A DNA stretch of 64,000 bases from NCBI GenBank assembly GCA_963706325.1, contig CAVPLT010000004.1, forward strand, positions 1,024,001 through 1,088,000. Direction: 5' to 3'. The notes below the pieces were generated by a model that was given only the letters and a program-made list of their open reading frames with translations, did no database searches and had not been told where the DNA came from. Below are positions 17,763 to 27,288 of this stretch, in pieces. Every line of letters begins with the position of its first letter. Position 1 is the stretch's first letter. The DNA comes from an uncultured Nitrospiraceae bacterium. Lineage in GTDB: Bacteria > Nitrospirota > Nitrospiria > Nitrospirales > Nitrospiraceae. The position numbers and the translations under genes were made by a program.

Positions 17763-19871
17763 ATGACACAAGAGAACACCTCGGTTCCCACCACCTCACT
17801 GGTGAAACATCCCGACATTCTGATGTCCGTGGGCGTGGTGGGCATCTTGATGGTGATGTTGATCCCCTTGCCTCGTTTCTTCCTGGATCTCCTGCTGAGC
17901 TTCAATATCACGCTCTCCATCATCATTTTGCTGGTGGGGATGCAGGTCCGACGTCCGCTGGAATTCTCCGTCTTTCCTTCGATCCTGTTGCTGGTCACCC
18001 TGCTGCGCCTGGCCCTCAACATCGCATCCACGAGACTCATTCTTTTGCACGGCAACGAAGGAGTGGCGGCCGCCGGGGAAGTCATCCGGGCCTTCGGAAA
18101 TTTTGTCGTGGGCGGGAATTACACCGTCGGGTTGGTGGTGTTCACGATTCTGGTCATCATCAACTTCGTGGTCATCACGAAAGGCGCCGGCCGAGTGGCG
18201 GAAGTGGCCGCTCGTTTCACATTGGATGCCATGCCCGGCAAACAGATGAGTATCGATGCCGATCTGAATGCCGGCTTGATCAACGACAAAGAAGCCCGCC
18301 AGCGAAGGAAGGAAGTGGCGCAAGAAGCAGATTTCTACGGGGCCATGGACGGCGCCAGTAAATTCGTGCGCGGCGATGCCGTTGCAGCCGTCGTCATCAC
18401 CCTGGTTAATATTCTCGGTGGCTTAACGATCGGCGTGCTGCAACAGGGCATGACCATGGCCGCCGCAGCGCAGACGTATACCTTGCTCACCGTCGGCGAG
18501 GGATTGGTGGCGCAAGTTCCAGCGCTGATCGTCTCGACCGCAGCCGGTATCGTGATCACGCGTGCCGCTTCGGAAGTCAATCTGGGATTCGAAATTACGC
18601 GACAGATGCTGATCTCGCCGAAAGCCGTCGGCACTGCATCAGGCATTTTGCTCGCGCTGGGTCTGGTGCCGGGGCTGCCCCACGTCGCATTTCTCGCCCT
18701 GGGCGGCTTGACCGCATGGATGGCCTATCAAATCAATGAACAGCAAAAGGTCACGGAAGCCCTTCCGGCACAAGTTACCGCGGAGGTGAAGGGGGATGAG
18801 GCCGGCACGCAGGTGGTCCCTCTCGATCTCATGGAGGTCCAAGTAGGATACGGCCTCATCAGTTTGGTGGATGGCGGGCAGGGCGGCGCGTTGCTGGATC
18901 GGATCAAAGGCCTGCGCCGTCAGTTCGCCGAGCAAATGGGGTTTGTTTTGCCGCCCATCCATATTCGGGACAACCTTCAACTCCGTCCGAACGAATATGC
19001 AGCGCTTCTGAAAGGAGTGGAACTGGCCAAGTCGGAAGTGATGCCAGCACATGTGCTTGCAATCGATCCTGGTACGGCGCAGCGCGGAATCATTCATGGT
19101 CTTCCGACCAAGGAACCGGCCTTTGGGCTGCCGGCCATGTGGGTGCCGGAACACACGCGAGAGCAGGCGCAGATGGCCGGCTACACCGTGGTGGATCCTG
19201 GGTCCGCCATCGCGACCCATTTGTCGGAGCTCATTAAGCGGCACGCCCATGAACTCTTAGGGCGGCAAGAAGTGCAAGGCCTCCTTGATCAGCTGGGAAA
19301 AAACCACCCCAAACTGGTTGAGGAGGTGATTCCGAATCTGATCCCATTGGGGACGCTTGTCAGGGTGTTGTCACATCTGTTGCAGGAAGGCGTTCCGATT
19401 CGCGACCTGCGCAGTATTCTCGAAACGATCGCCGATCATGCCGCGACCACCAAGGATCCCGAGATTCTGACGGAAGTCGCGCGGCAAGCCCTTGGCCGGA
19501 CCATAACTAAGCAATATCTCGCGGCAGATGGATCATTGCCGATCATCGGCCTCGACCCACGCTTGGATCGAACGCTTGCGGACCAGGCGAACGCCACGCC
19601 GAATGGGAATCAGTGGGTGCCTGATCCGATGGTGGCACAGAAACTGCTCATTGCACTGAAAGCGTCGGCGGAGAGAATGGTCGGCCGCGGACATCAACCG
19701 GTCATTTTGTGCTCACCTTCACTGCGACGACATCTGCGGAAATTGACGGACCGTATATTGCATTCTGTCCCCATCCTGGGTTTGAACGAGGTGGAAAGCG
19801 TGGTTCGTTTGCAAGCGATGGAAACGGTGCGGCTCGACATCGAAGTCGGTGATACCAGGAGCTTGGCATGA
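17763..19871 (+). CDS. flhA: FlhA
   Basis: 'RVAEVAARFTLDAMPGKQMSIDADL', 'FYGAMDGASKFVRGD'. Confidence 0.97.
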   Translation: MTQENTSVPTTSLVKHPDILMSVGVVGILMVMLIPLPRFFLDLLLSFNITLSIIILLVGMQVRRPLEFSVFPSILLLVTLLRLALNIASTRLILLHGNEGVAAAGEVIRAFGNFVVGGNYTVGLVVFTILVIINFVVITKGAGRVAEVAARFTLDAMPGKQMSIDADLNAGLINDKEARQRRKEVAQEADFYGAMDGASKFVRGDAVAAVVITLVNILGGLTIGVLQQGMTMAAAAQTYTLLTVGEGLVAQVPALIVSTAAGIVITRAASEVNLGFEITRQMLISPKAVGTASGILLALGLVPGLPHVAFLALGGLTAWMAYQINEQQKVTEALPAQVTAEVKGDEAGTQVVPLDLMEVQVGYGLISLVDGGQGGALLDRIKGLRRQFAEQMGFVLPPIHIRDNLQLRPNEYAALLKGVELAKSEVMPAHVLAIDPGTAQRGIIHGLPTKEPAFGLPAMWVPEHTREQAQMAGYTVVDPGSAIATHLSELIKRHAHELLGRQEVQGLLDQLGKNHPKLVEEVIPNLIPLGTLVRVLSHLLQEGVPIRDLRSILETIADHAATTKDPEILTEVARQALGRTITKQYLAADGSLPIIGLDPRLDRTLADQANATPNGNQWVPDPMVAQKLLIALKASAERMVGRGHQPVILCSPSLRRHLRKLTDRILHSVPILGLNEVESVVRLQAMETVRLDIEVGDTRSLA

Positions 19872-21151
19872 AGGTACGCACATTCCACGTGAAATCGATG
19901 CACGAAGCCATACAATCCATTAAGAACACTCTTGGTCCGGATGCGGTCATTCTCTCTACCAAACGCGTACGGTCCTGGGACAACGGGTTTGGTCTTCTGG
20001 GCGGGTCAATTCTGGAAGTCATGGCGGCGATTGAAGATGACGCGGCGATACCGGCGCCAGTTCCACTATTTGGTGAAACCGATCGACTGGAGGTATCCCG
20101 CACTGAAGGTCCTTCACTGCCCCCGGAAGAGTCGCGTTTCCAAAAAACCCTGCAGGGCGCCATGGATACGTCCGTCGACCGGCCGCGCACGAATGCACGC
20201 CCCGCGCTGAGCAGCACACAGGAAACTCGCCTTACGTGGGCAACTACACCAGGCAGAACGGAGAGTAAGGGCGTCGCCATCCAGTCTTTTCAGCGCGTGT
20301 ACGAGGATTTACTGGCGCAGGGCGTGGAACATGCCACGGCAGAAGGCTGTCTACGAGAATTGCAAGAGACATTGGTCGAGCCTGGTTCCTCGCAACGCCA
20401 TTCGTCCTTACACTTGCTTCGAACGGTGCTCTTGGCTCGCATCACCACGGCCGGCCCCCTGCTGAGCACAGGCGGGGAACAGAAGATAGCATTGTTCGTC
20501 GGGCCGAGCGGAGCCGGGAAGACGTCCACCATTGCAAAGTTAGCGACACAATACGGCATCGTCGAGCAGCGGAGTATTGCGCTGATTACCATGGATACCT
20601 ATCGGCCGGCGGCGGTAGAGCATCTGCGATTATACGCAGAGGTGTTGGGTATCGAGCTCGTCGTTGCGACTTCCTGCGAAGAGGTCCGCGCAGCAATCGA
20701 TCAAGCCCGTGAGGCTGAGCTGATCATGATCGACACGGCTGGGTTCAATCCCTATGAGCCCATCGCGTCTCAACGATGGAGAGGGCTATTGAACGGACTG
20801 TCGCCGATGGAGGTCCATCTGGTCCTTGCCGCAGGGACGCGCGTGCCGGACCTTGTGGTCACCACCAGTCAGTGCGTGGACGTGCCGTTATTGCGTTTAT
20901 TGTTCACGAAGCTCGATGAGACCACAGGGTACGGCGGAATTTTTGAAGCGACGCATCGATCCGGCGTGCCACTGTCTTATTGGGGAACCGGCCAACGCGT
21001 GCCGGATGACCTCATGCCGGCGCATGTCGATCGTTTAGGCGACTTGCTGCTGGGAGGACAGGTCAGGACGCCGATACTGGCCGCGACCGAGTCGTGGGAT
21101 CGACAGGCGATGCAGGCCATGGTACCCGGCATCAAGGCCCATTCGCGATAG
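19868..21151 (+). CDS. flhF: SRP-family GTPase FlhF
   Basis: 'GPSGAGKTSTIAKLA', 'DTYR', 'DTAG', 'TKLDE', 'GQRVPDDL'. Confidence 0.93.
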   Translation: MKVRTFHVKSMHEAIQSIKNTLGPDAVILSTKRVRSWDNGFGLLGGSILEVMAAIEDDAAIPAPVPLFGETDRLEVSRTEGPSLPPEESRFQKTLQGAMDTSVDRPRTNARPALSSTQETRLTWATTPGRTESKGVAIQSFQRVYEDLLAQGVEHATAEGCLRELQETLVEPGSSQRHSSLHLLRTVLLARITTAGPLLSTGGEQKIALFVGPSGAGKTSTIAKLATQYGIVEQRSIALITMDTYRPAAVEHLRLYAEVLGIELVVATSCEEVRAAIDQAREAELIMIDTAGFNPYEPIASQRWRGLLNGLSPMEVHLVLAAGTRVPDLVVTTSQCVDVPLLRLLFTKLDETTGYGGIFEATHRSGVPLSYWGTGQRVPDDLMPAHVDRLGDLLLGGQVRTPILAATESWDRQAMQAMVPGIKAHSR

Positions 21152-21185
21152 ACCGAAGTTGAATAAGAGGGGAGAGACCATACCG

Positions 21186-22046
21186 ATGCAACCAGGAATT
21201 CTGGACCCAGAGGCGAAGCAGCCCGATGCCAGCATCATGGCCTCTCGAACGCAGGTGATTACCGTGACCAGCGGGAAGGGTGGGGTCGGAAAGACGAATG
21301 TCGTGGCGAATACTGCCATTGCTTTGGCTCAAACCGGCAAACGCGTGCTGGTGCTCGACGCCGATCTCGGCTTGGGCAATATCGACATTTTGTTGGGTCT
21401 GACGCCGAAGTACACGCTGGAACATGTATTGGCTAAATCCTGCCGCCTGGAAGACATCGCGTTGACAGGGCCCAACGGGATTGTGGTGTTACCGGCCAGT
21501 ACCGGCATCTCGCAACTGACGACGTTGACGGAAGCCCAGCAGGTGATTCTGCAGGAAGAACTCGAGCGGTTGGCCTCGACTATGGATGTGTTGTTGATCG
21601 ACACCGGAGCCGGCATTTCGTCGACCGTCACGTATTTCGCTGCGGCAGCGCAATCGATTGTCATTGTCGTGTCTCCGGAGCCCACGTCGCTCACGGATGC
21701 GTATGCGTTAATGAAGGTGTTGCTGCGTCAATATCGGGAGCGCCGGTTTTATGTGCTCGTCAATATGGTGAAATCTCCCCGCGATGCGGCGCGTGTCTAC
21801 CGCAAGCTGGAAACGGCGGTGAGCCGGTTCCTCCATATTTCATTGGATTACCTGGGAGCGATTCCGCTCGATGACTACGTGCCGATGGCTGTGACTCAAC
21901 AGCGAGCCGTCCTCGATCTCTACCCCAATGCGCCTGCCAGCCGGGCCTTTCGAGAGCTTACCGACGCGGTGGGTCAGCTGACTCCTCCGGCACTTCCCAA
22001 GGGCACCGTGCAGTTCCTTTGGCAGCAACTCTTACGGACGCACTGA
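21186..22046 (+). CDS. flhG: MinD-like ATPase FlhG/FleN
   Basis: 'VTSGKGGVGKT', 'DADLGLGN', 'PEPTSLTDAYA'; start approximate. Confidence 0.92.
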   Translation: MQPGILDPEAKQPDASIMASRTQVITVTSGKGGVGKTNVVANTAIALAQTGKRVLVLDADLGLGNIDILLGLTPKYTLEHVLAKSCRLEDIALTGPNGIVVLPASTGISQLTTLTEAQQVILQEELERLASTMDVLLIDTGAGISSTVTYFAAAAQSIVIVVSPEPTSLTDAYALMKVLLRQYRERRFYVLVNMVKSPRDAARVYRKLETAVSRFLHISLDYLGAIPLDDYVPMAVTQQRAVLDLYPNAPASRAFRELTDAVGQLTPPALPKGTVQFLWQQLLRTH

Positions 22047-22068
22047 TCGAAAGGATTGCACGTCTATT

Positions 22069-22827
22069 ATGCATGCTCACAAAATGCCTGCGGTCGGAAG
22101 CGGGCCCCGCAAAGTGATTGCGGAATCGGATCGAGAACGAGTGATTCAGGAATTCACGCACGTCGTGAAAGCTATGGCCCACCGGTTGGCCTTTCGTCTG
22201 CCGGCCTACATGGACGCCGAAGATCTGATGTCCGTCGGCATTATGGGCCTCATGGACGCGATGGACAAATACGACCCGACGCGCGAAGCCAAGTTCAAAA
22301 CCTACGCAGAGTTCAGAATCCGCGGGGCGATGCTGGATGAAATCAGATCAATGGATTGGATTCCGCGGTCCGTTCACGAGCGGATCACGCTCCTTCAGAA
22401 AACCTATTCCGAGTTATTACACCGTTTGGGTCGGCCGCCGACGGACCAGGAAGTCGGCGAGGAACTCAAGATGTCGGCCGACGAACTGGACGAATTCTTA
22501 ACTCGCTCCCGAGGGGCGATTGTGATCAGCCTCGACGATCTCGGCGTGCAGGACGCAGACGGTCATAAAATCATCAGCGTGCTGACTGACTCCAATCAGC
22601 CAGATCCACTTTCTGTGCTGGTCAGCGAGAGGGCGCGACATGTGTTGGAATCGGCCATCCACGAATTGCCCGAAAAAGAGCGCACGGTGCTCTCCCTCTA
22701 TTATTTCGAGGAACTGACCATGAAGGAGATCGGGCAGGCGCTCAAGGTGACGGAATCGCGAGTGTGCCAGATCCATTCAAAGGCCATCCTCCATCTCAAA
22801 GCACGGTTAGAACCAGTCGACGCGTGA
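22069..22827 (+). CDS. fliA: Sigma28 factor FliA
   Basis: 'FKTYAEFRIRGAMLDEIR..DWIPRS', 'VTESRVCQIH'. Confidence 0.96.
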   Translation: MHAHKMPAVGSGPRKVIAESDRERVIQEFTHVVKAMAHRLAFRLPAYMDAEDLMSVGIMGLMDAMDKYDPTREAKFKTYAEFRIRGAMLDEIRSMDWIPRSVHERITLLQKTYSELLHRLGRPPTDQEVGEELKMSADELDEFLTRSRGAIVISLDDLGVQDADGHKIISVLTDSNQPDPLSVLVSERARHVLESAIHELPEKERTVLSLYYFEELTMKEIGQALKVTESRVCQIHSKAILHLKARLEPVDA

Positions 22828-22921
22828 CTACTGCAGCTCATCTTGCCGGTCACTTCACCTGTATGCCCGATCGATCGTGACCGCCACAAAAGAACCCCGC
22901 CGCCATACATGCTCGCCAGTC

Positions 22922-22949
22922 TTTAGTTTCCTCTCCTACCAGCCGATAT
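22922..22949 (+). promoter_or_regulatory. Sigma28 promoter of the degenerate GGDEF gene
   Basis: TTTAG-N15-GCCGATAT. Confidence 0.7.
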
Positions 22950-22998
22950 TTTATTAGTGCCACTACGTGATCGGCCATCATGACCTTCGCCTGACTCT

Positions 22999-23874
22999 AT
23001 GATTTCCCCTCATCGAGGCCCCACAGGTTTGAACGCGCACCGCCGGCGGGGGTCGGCAAAAATGCCTTCATCGTCCGAGGATAATGGCCCGGCCGCGTTC
23101 AATACGGCGCAATTCGGCGTCATGGCCTGCATTTTATTCATGGCCGGAGGCTTGTATTGGACCGCGTCGGTTGGGCTGCTCACCCTCTCGGCTCTGAGAG
23201 CCTATCCAGTCATGATCTGGATGGGAGGCAGCGCGCTGGCCCTGGTTGTCCTCGGAACTTCTTTTTGGTCCTCTCGAGGTCGTGCGGTGGGCCCTTCGGA
23301 TCAATCTCTGAGCAACGAATCAAATCGTGCTTGCACGAGCACCTACGATTCAGTGACCGGTCTTCCTACGAACCGCCTTTTCAGATCCCTTCTCAACCAA
23401 GCTCTCTCCAGAGCCGGCAAAAATGGTCGTCAAGTCGCAATTCTCGTCGTAGAGATGGATTACTTTACGTTGTCGACCGAATTACACGGGCAGGTGAATC
23501 ACAACCTCATCTACCGAGTTCAGGCCGCTCGTGTGAAGAGTGCGTTGCGGACGACGGACTGTGTTGCCAGACTGGCTGAACGCACCTTTGCCGTTCTATT
23601 GGAACAGGTGACGAATGTTGAGGAGGTCGTGGCTGCGGCGACAAAAATGCAGGCCATCGTTTCGCTGCCGTTTACCCTCGACGGATATGACATCTTCCTC
23701 ACGAGTCGTATCGGCATCAGCCTCTCGACTTCCGACGATATTGAAGCCAGCTCCCTGCTTGATTCAGCCGCCCAGGCTGTTGCAATCGCGCGAGCCGAAG
23801 GGTATGCGTTGTATGGGCTCCATGGCGCGGTCTCGACTCCGCACGTTGATTCTTCCTCCACGATCGCTGCCTAA
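22999..23874 (+). CDS. Membrane-anchored degenerate GGDEF-domain protein
   Basis: Two hydrophobic N-terminal helices; 'YDSVTGLPTNRLF'; active site reads 'RLAERTF'; RxxD (RTTD) retained. Start uncertain. Confidence 0.8.
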   Translation: MISPHRGPTGLNAHRRRGSAKMPSSSEDNGPAAFNTAQFGVMACILFMAGGLYWTASVGLLTLSALRAYPVMIWMGGSALALVVLGTSFWSSRGRAVGPSDQSLSNESNRACTSTYDSVTGLPTNRLFRSLLNQALSRAGKNGRQVAILVVEMDYFTLSTELHGQVNHNLIYRVQAARVKSALRTTDCVARLAERTFAVLLEQVTNVEEVVAAATKMQAIVSLPFTLDGYDIFLTSRIGISLSTSDDIEASSLLDSAAQAVAIARAEGYALYGLHGAVSTPHVDSSSTIAA

Positions 23875-23912
23875 CCACCGGTTACTCTTTAGATGAGCCG
23901 GCTTCCACAATA

Positions 23913-23946
23913 GGCAGGTCTTGCCTTGTGTCAGGCAAAGACTTCC
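23913..23946. promoter_or_regulatory. Tandem putative activator sites upstream of flgF
   Basis: GGCAGGTCTTGCC (23913-23925) and GGCAAAGACTTCC (23934-23946), starts 21 bp apart. Confidence 0.65.
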
Positions 23947-24098
23947 TCCCTTTCCATCCGGTGCCATACGCTCGGACAGTGCCTGCTCTGAGCAATCCGG
24001 AAGTATAGCGGCCTGCAAAAGTCCCATCTATCGACAATCATGACGATTTTAATACGACCCGATTTGAGAGGCGAGCAGTGATCCCTCGTGGAGGATGA

Positions 24099-24114
24099 TG
24101 GCATGTCGATTGCT
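24099..24114 (+). promoter_or_regulatory. Sigma54 promoter of the flgF operon
   Basis: TGGCATGTCGATTGCT = TGGCA-N6-TTGCT. Confidence 0.8.
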
Positions 24115-24157
24115 AAGTACCAAGTAGCACATCAGGAACGGCTGGAACGTACACACT

Positions 24158-24928
24158 ATGAATCGAGCCATCTACCCCATACTCTCCGGCGCTGTAGCAC
24201 AGGAGAAACAGCTCCAAGTGTTTGCCAATAATTTGGCGAACGTCAATACCGCCGGGTTCAAACAAGATCAACAAGGGTTTCGAGGTTTGTTTGCCAGAGC
24301 CAATTCCACGGCGGTGACTGCGACGTCCGGCCATGGCGTGGTGTCGACTATTTCTGTTCGTCCATCCGGCCCCACCGAGCGAGTCTTCGCGGAAGCGAAG
24401 TCTGTTCGAACAGCCTTCGAGCCGGGTCGGATTCGCATTACGGGCAATCCGCTTGATGTCGCCATACAGAATAACGGCTTCTTCGAGGTCAAGACCGCCG
24501 ATGGAGTGCGCTATACGAGGAACGGGATTTTTTCACTTGATAACCAGCGACGGCTGGTCACCAACCTCGGACATCCCGTGATGGGCATCAAGGGAGAGAT
24601 CAAGGTGCCTCCGGGCAACATTCAGATTAATGCCGAGGGAGGCATACAAGTCGACGGAAACCCCATCGGCGCCATCAAGGTGGTGGAGTTCCCCGATAAC
24701 CAGATGCCGCAGAAATTTGCCGAAGGGTTGTTTATCGGCGGGAAACCGACCGTCTCTCTCAGACCGCAAGTCCAGTCGGGGCATATCGAAGAGTCGAACG
24801 TCAATTCCTTGAGCGAGATGGTGAAGATGATCCAGGGCATGCGCAGCTATGAATCAGCGCAAAAACTCATTCAAACCCTAGACCATATGACGGATACGGC
24901 GATCCAGGATCTTGGCCGGGTGCAATAG
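24158..24928 (+). CDS. flgF: Rod protein FlgF
   Basis: 'ANNLANVNTAGFK', 'TGNPLDVAI', 'YTRNG', 'ESNVN'. Confidence 0.92.
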   Translation: MNRAIYPILSGAVAQEKQLQVFANNLANVNTAGFKQDQQGFRGLFARANSTAVTATSGHGVVSTISVRPSGPTERVFAEAKSVRTAFEPGRIRITGNPLDVAIQNNGFFEVKTADGVRYTRNGIFSLDNQRRLVTNLGHPVMGIKGEIKVPPGNIQINAEGGIQVDGNPIGAIKVVEFPDNQMPQKFAEGLFIGGKPTVSLRPQVQSGHIEESNVNSLSEMVKMIQGMRSYESAQKLIQTLDHMTDTAIQDLGRVQ

Positions 24929-24937
24929 GAGCAATCT

Positions 24938-25729
24938 ATGATTCGCGCAATGTGGACGGCGGCAACGGGCATGACAGCCCAGCAATTGAATGTGGACACC
25001 ATCGCCAACAATCTGGCGAACGTCAACACGAACGCGTTCAAGCGCAGCCGCGCGGAATTCGGCGACCTCCTCTATCAGATCCAGCGATTGCCGGGTACCA
25101 ATGCGTCGAACGTCGGGGTGTTTCCTGTCGGCGTGCAAGTTGGGGGCGGTGTGCGGCCCATTACCGTTGCCAAGGAATGGATGCAGGGCAACATGCGCCA
25201 GACCAGCAACGATCTGGACCTGGCCATCGACGGCGCCGGATTTTTTCAGATTACCAGGCCGGACGGCACGATTATGTATACCCGCAATGGATCGTTCAAG
25301 CGCGATAACGTCGGCAATCTTGTCACCGGCGACGGCGACCAGCTCAATCCGGTGATTACGATTCCGTCCGGCACGCTAAAAATCGATATCGGCCAAGACG
25401 GCACCGTCTCCGCACTGCTTCCCGGTGTCACTCAGGCTTCGCAGGTGGGGCAGATTCAGCTGGTGCGTTTCGACAACCCGTCCGGCCTGGTCGCGATGGG
25501 CGGCAATCTATTCCTCGATAGCTTTGCCTCAGGGCCGGCGCAACAAGGCACCGGTGGATTTTCAACCGGTTTTGGAACGCTCCAGCAGGGATTTTTGGAA
25601 AGCTCCAACGTCAATTTGGCGGAAGAGATGGTCAATATGATCATCGCCCAGAGGAGTTACGAAATTAACTCCAAAACGATTCAAGCATCCGATGAAATGA
25701 TGCAAATCGCGAACAACCTACGTCGGTAA
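24938..25729 (+). CDS. flgG: Distal rod protein FlgG
   Basis: 'AATGMTAQQLNVDTIANNLANVNT', 'LESSNVNLAEEMVNMI..QRSYEINSK'. Confidence 0.96.
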   Translation: MIRAMWTAATGMTAQQLNVDTIANNLANVNTNAFKRSRAEFGDLLYQIQRLPGTNASNVGVFPVGVQVGGGVRPITVAKEWMQGNMRQTSNDLDLAIDGAGFFQITRPDGTIMYTRNGSFKRDNVGNLVTGDGDQLNPVITIPSGTLKIDIGQDGTVSALLPGVTQASQVGQIQLVRFDNPSGLVAMGGNLFLDSFASGPAQQGTGGFSTGFGTLQQGFLESSNVNLAEEMVNMIIAQRSYEINSKTIQASDEMMQIANNLRR

Positions 25730-25738
25730 TTACGCAAG

Positions 25739-26544
25739 GTGAAACCAGTGATGCAAGCCACCCTCATGTTTGTCGCGGTCATCAGCACGCTCGCAACCGG
25801 CGCCATGCCCACGGAGGGGGGGAGAGGACTCTCCTTTCTTCGGCTGTCCGAGTCCACGAAGTTTCGTCGCCAAGCGGACACAACCCTCCAGGGACACGCG
25901 GCAAACGGTTGGTCTACCCGGAACAGGTTCGCGAAGCGATCCACGGGTTTGTTCTCAGGGAAATTGCAGGCAGGGCAGTGGACTGCCAAGTCGCGCTGGG
26001 CGACCCTCAACAGCCCATCGCCGTTCCTTCCGGAAATTTAGATCTACAGGTCAGCGCCGCGCGATCGGACGAGCCGCTCGGTCGGCGAGTGTTTCAGATT
26101 CACGTCGCGGTAAACGGGCGTTTCATTAAGACCGTGGATGCGACGGCCGATGTGGCCGCCGTGCAGGAAGTGGTCGTGCCTGTCCGCCCCATCAAAATGG
26201 ATGAGCAAATCGAAGCCGACGATGTGACGACGGATCGCATCGTGCTGTTCGATCTTAAACAGCCATATATCACCAATCCTGCCGATGTGATCGGCAAAGC
26301 AGCCATCAGGCCGCTGGCGGCGCAGAGCGCCATCCGGATCACTGCAGTGCGACGTCCCTTTGCGGTCCATAAAGGCGATCGCGTGATGATTGAGGCTCGC
26401 CAGGGCAACCTCTCAATCCAGACTGTCGGGGTGACGAAGTCTCATGGCGAAATGGGGCAAACCATCACCGTCTCCAATGTCGATTCCGGTAAAGAGCTGC
26501 GTGCGACCGTCGTCGCGCCAGGGGTGGTTCGTGTCACGTTTTAA
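25739..26544 (+). pseudogene. flgA: P-ring chaperone FlgA, apparently frameshifted at a G7 tract (25816-25822)
   Basis: The signal-peptide-like N-terminus is in one frame (from 25739). The FlgA/SAF body ('VHKGDRVMI...GEMGQTITVSNVDSGKEL') is in the -1 frame. One extra G joins them. Confidence 0.75.
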
Positions 26545-27247
26545 CACTTCTTATTCCGCGCGCCGACTTGTCCGATGCGGATCCTGCATCTTGTTGCTCT
26601 GTGTGCTCGCTGCCTGCTCCGCATCGCCGAGCACAAAACAGCAAAAAGTGGAAATGGCAAAACTTCCTCCCCCGAAAACAACGGGATCGCTTTGGCAGGA
26701 GGAAAATGGGCGCGCCTATCTGTATGAAGATCTTCGTGCGATGCGCATCGGAGACATCATCACCATCTCGATCGTAGAAAAGCATAAGGGATCGAAGAGC
26801 GCCGACACGAGCGCTGAGAGAGATTCCACCGTATCCAACAGTCTGGGCGGCAGCAGCGTCGGCTACCTCGGTATTCCCGGAGTCCGACTGGGCGGTGAAG
26901 CCAGGCGCGGCTTCGGGATCGATGCGAGCGCCAAGAACAAGTTCGGCGGAAAAGGAGCCACGAACCGCGAGGACACACTGACCGGCACCATTTCAGCCAT
27001 CGTGACGGAAGTGCTGCCGAACGGTGATTTGCGGATCGAGGGACGCCGGGAAGTCACGGTCAATTCCGAGCGCCAAATCATGACCATCGGGGGTATTGTC
27101 CGCCGCGTCGATGTCAATACGAAGAACACCGTGCAGTCAAGTGCCATCGCCGATGCCAAAATCGAATACTCGGGACTCGGTGTCGTGGATGACGTGCAGC
27201 GCCCGGGTTGGTTCGTCCGAGTTTTAGATTGGATTTATCCATTCTGA
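26531..27247 (+). CDS. flgH: L-ring lipoprotein FlgH
   Basis: Lipobox 'LAAC'; 'YEDLRAMRIGDIITI', 'VLPNGDLRIEG', 'PGWFVRVLDWIYPF'; GTG start inferred. Confidence 0.93.
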   Translation: MSRFNTSYSARRLVRCGSCILLLCVLAACSASPSTKQQKVEMAKLPPPKTTGSLWQEENGRAYLYEDLRAMRIGDIITISIVEKHKGSKSADTSAERDSTVSNSLGGSSVGYLGIPGVRLGGEARRGFGIDASAKNKFGGKGATNREDTLTGTISAIVTEVLPNGDLRIEGRREVTVNSERQIMTIGGIVRRVDVNTKNTVQSSAIADAKIEYSGLGVVDDVQRPGWFVRVLDWIYPF

Positions 27248-27288
27248 TCATAGAGCCAACCGGCAGAAGACGCGAGACAGGAGTTGTG

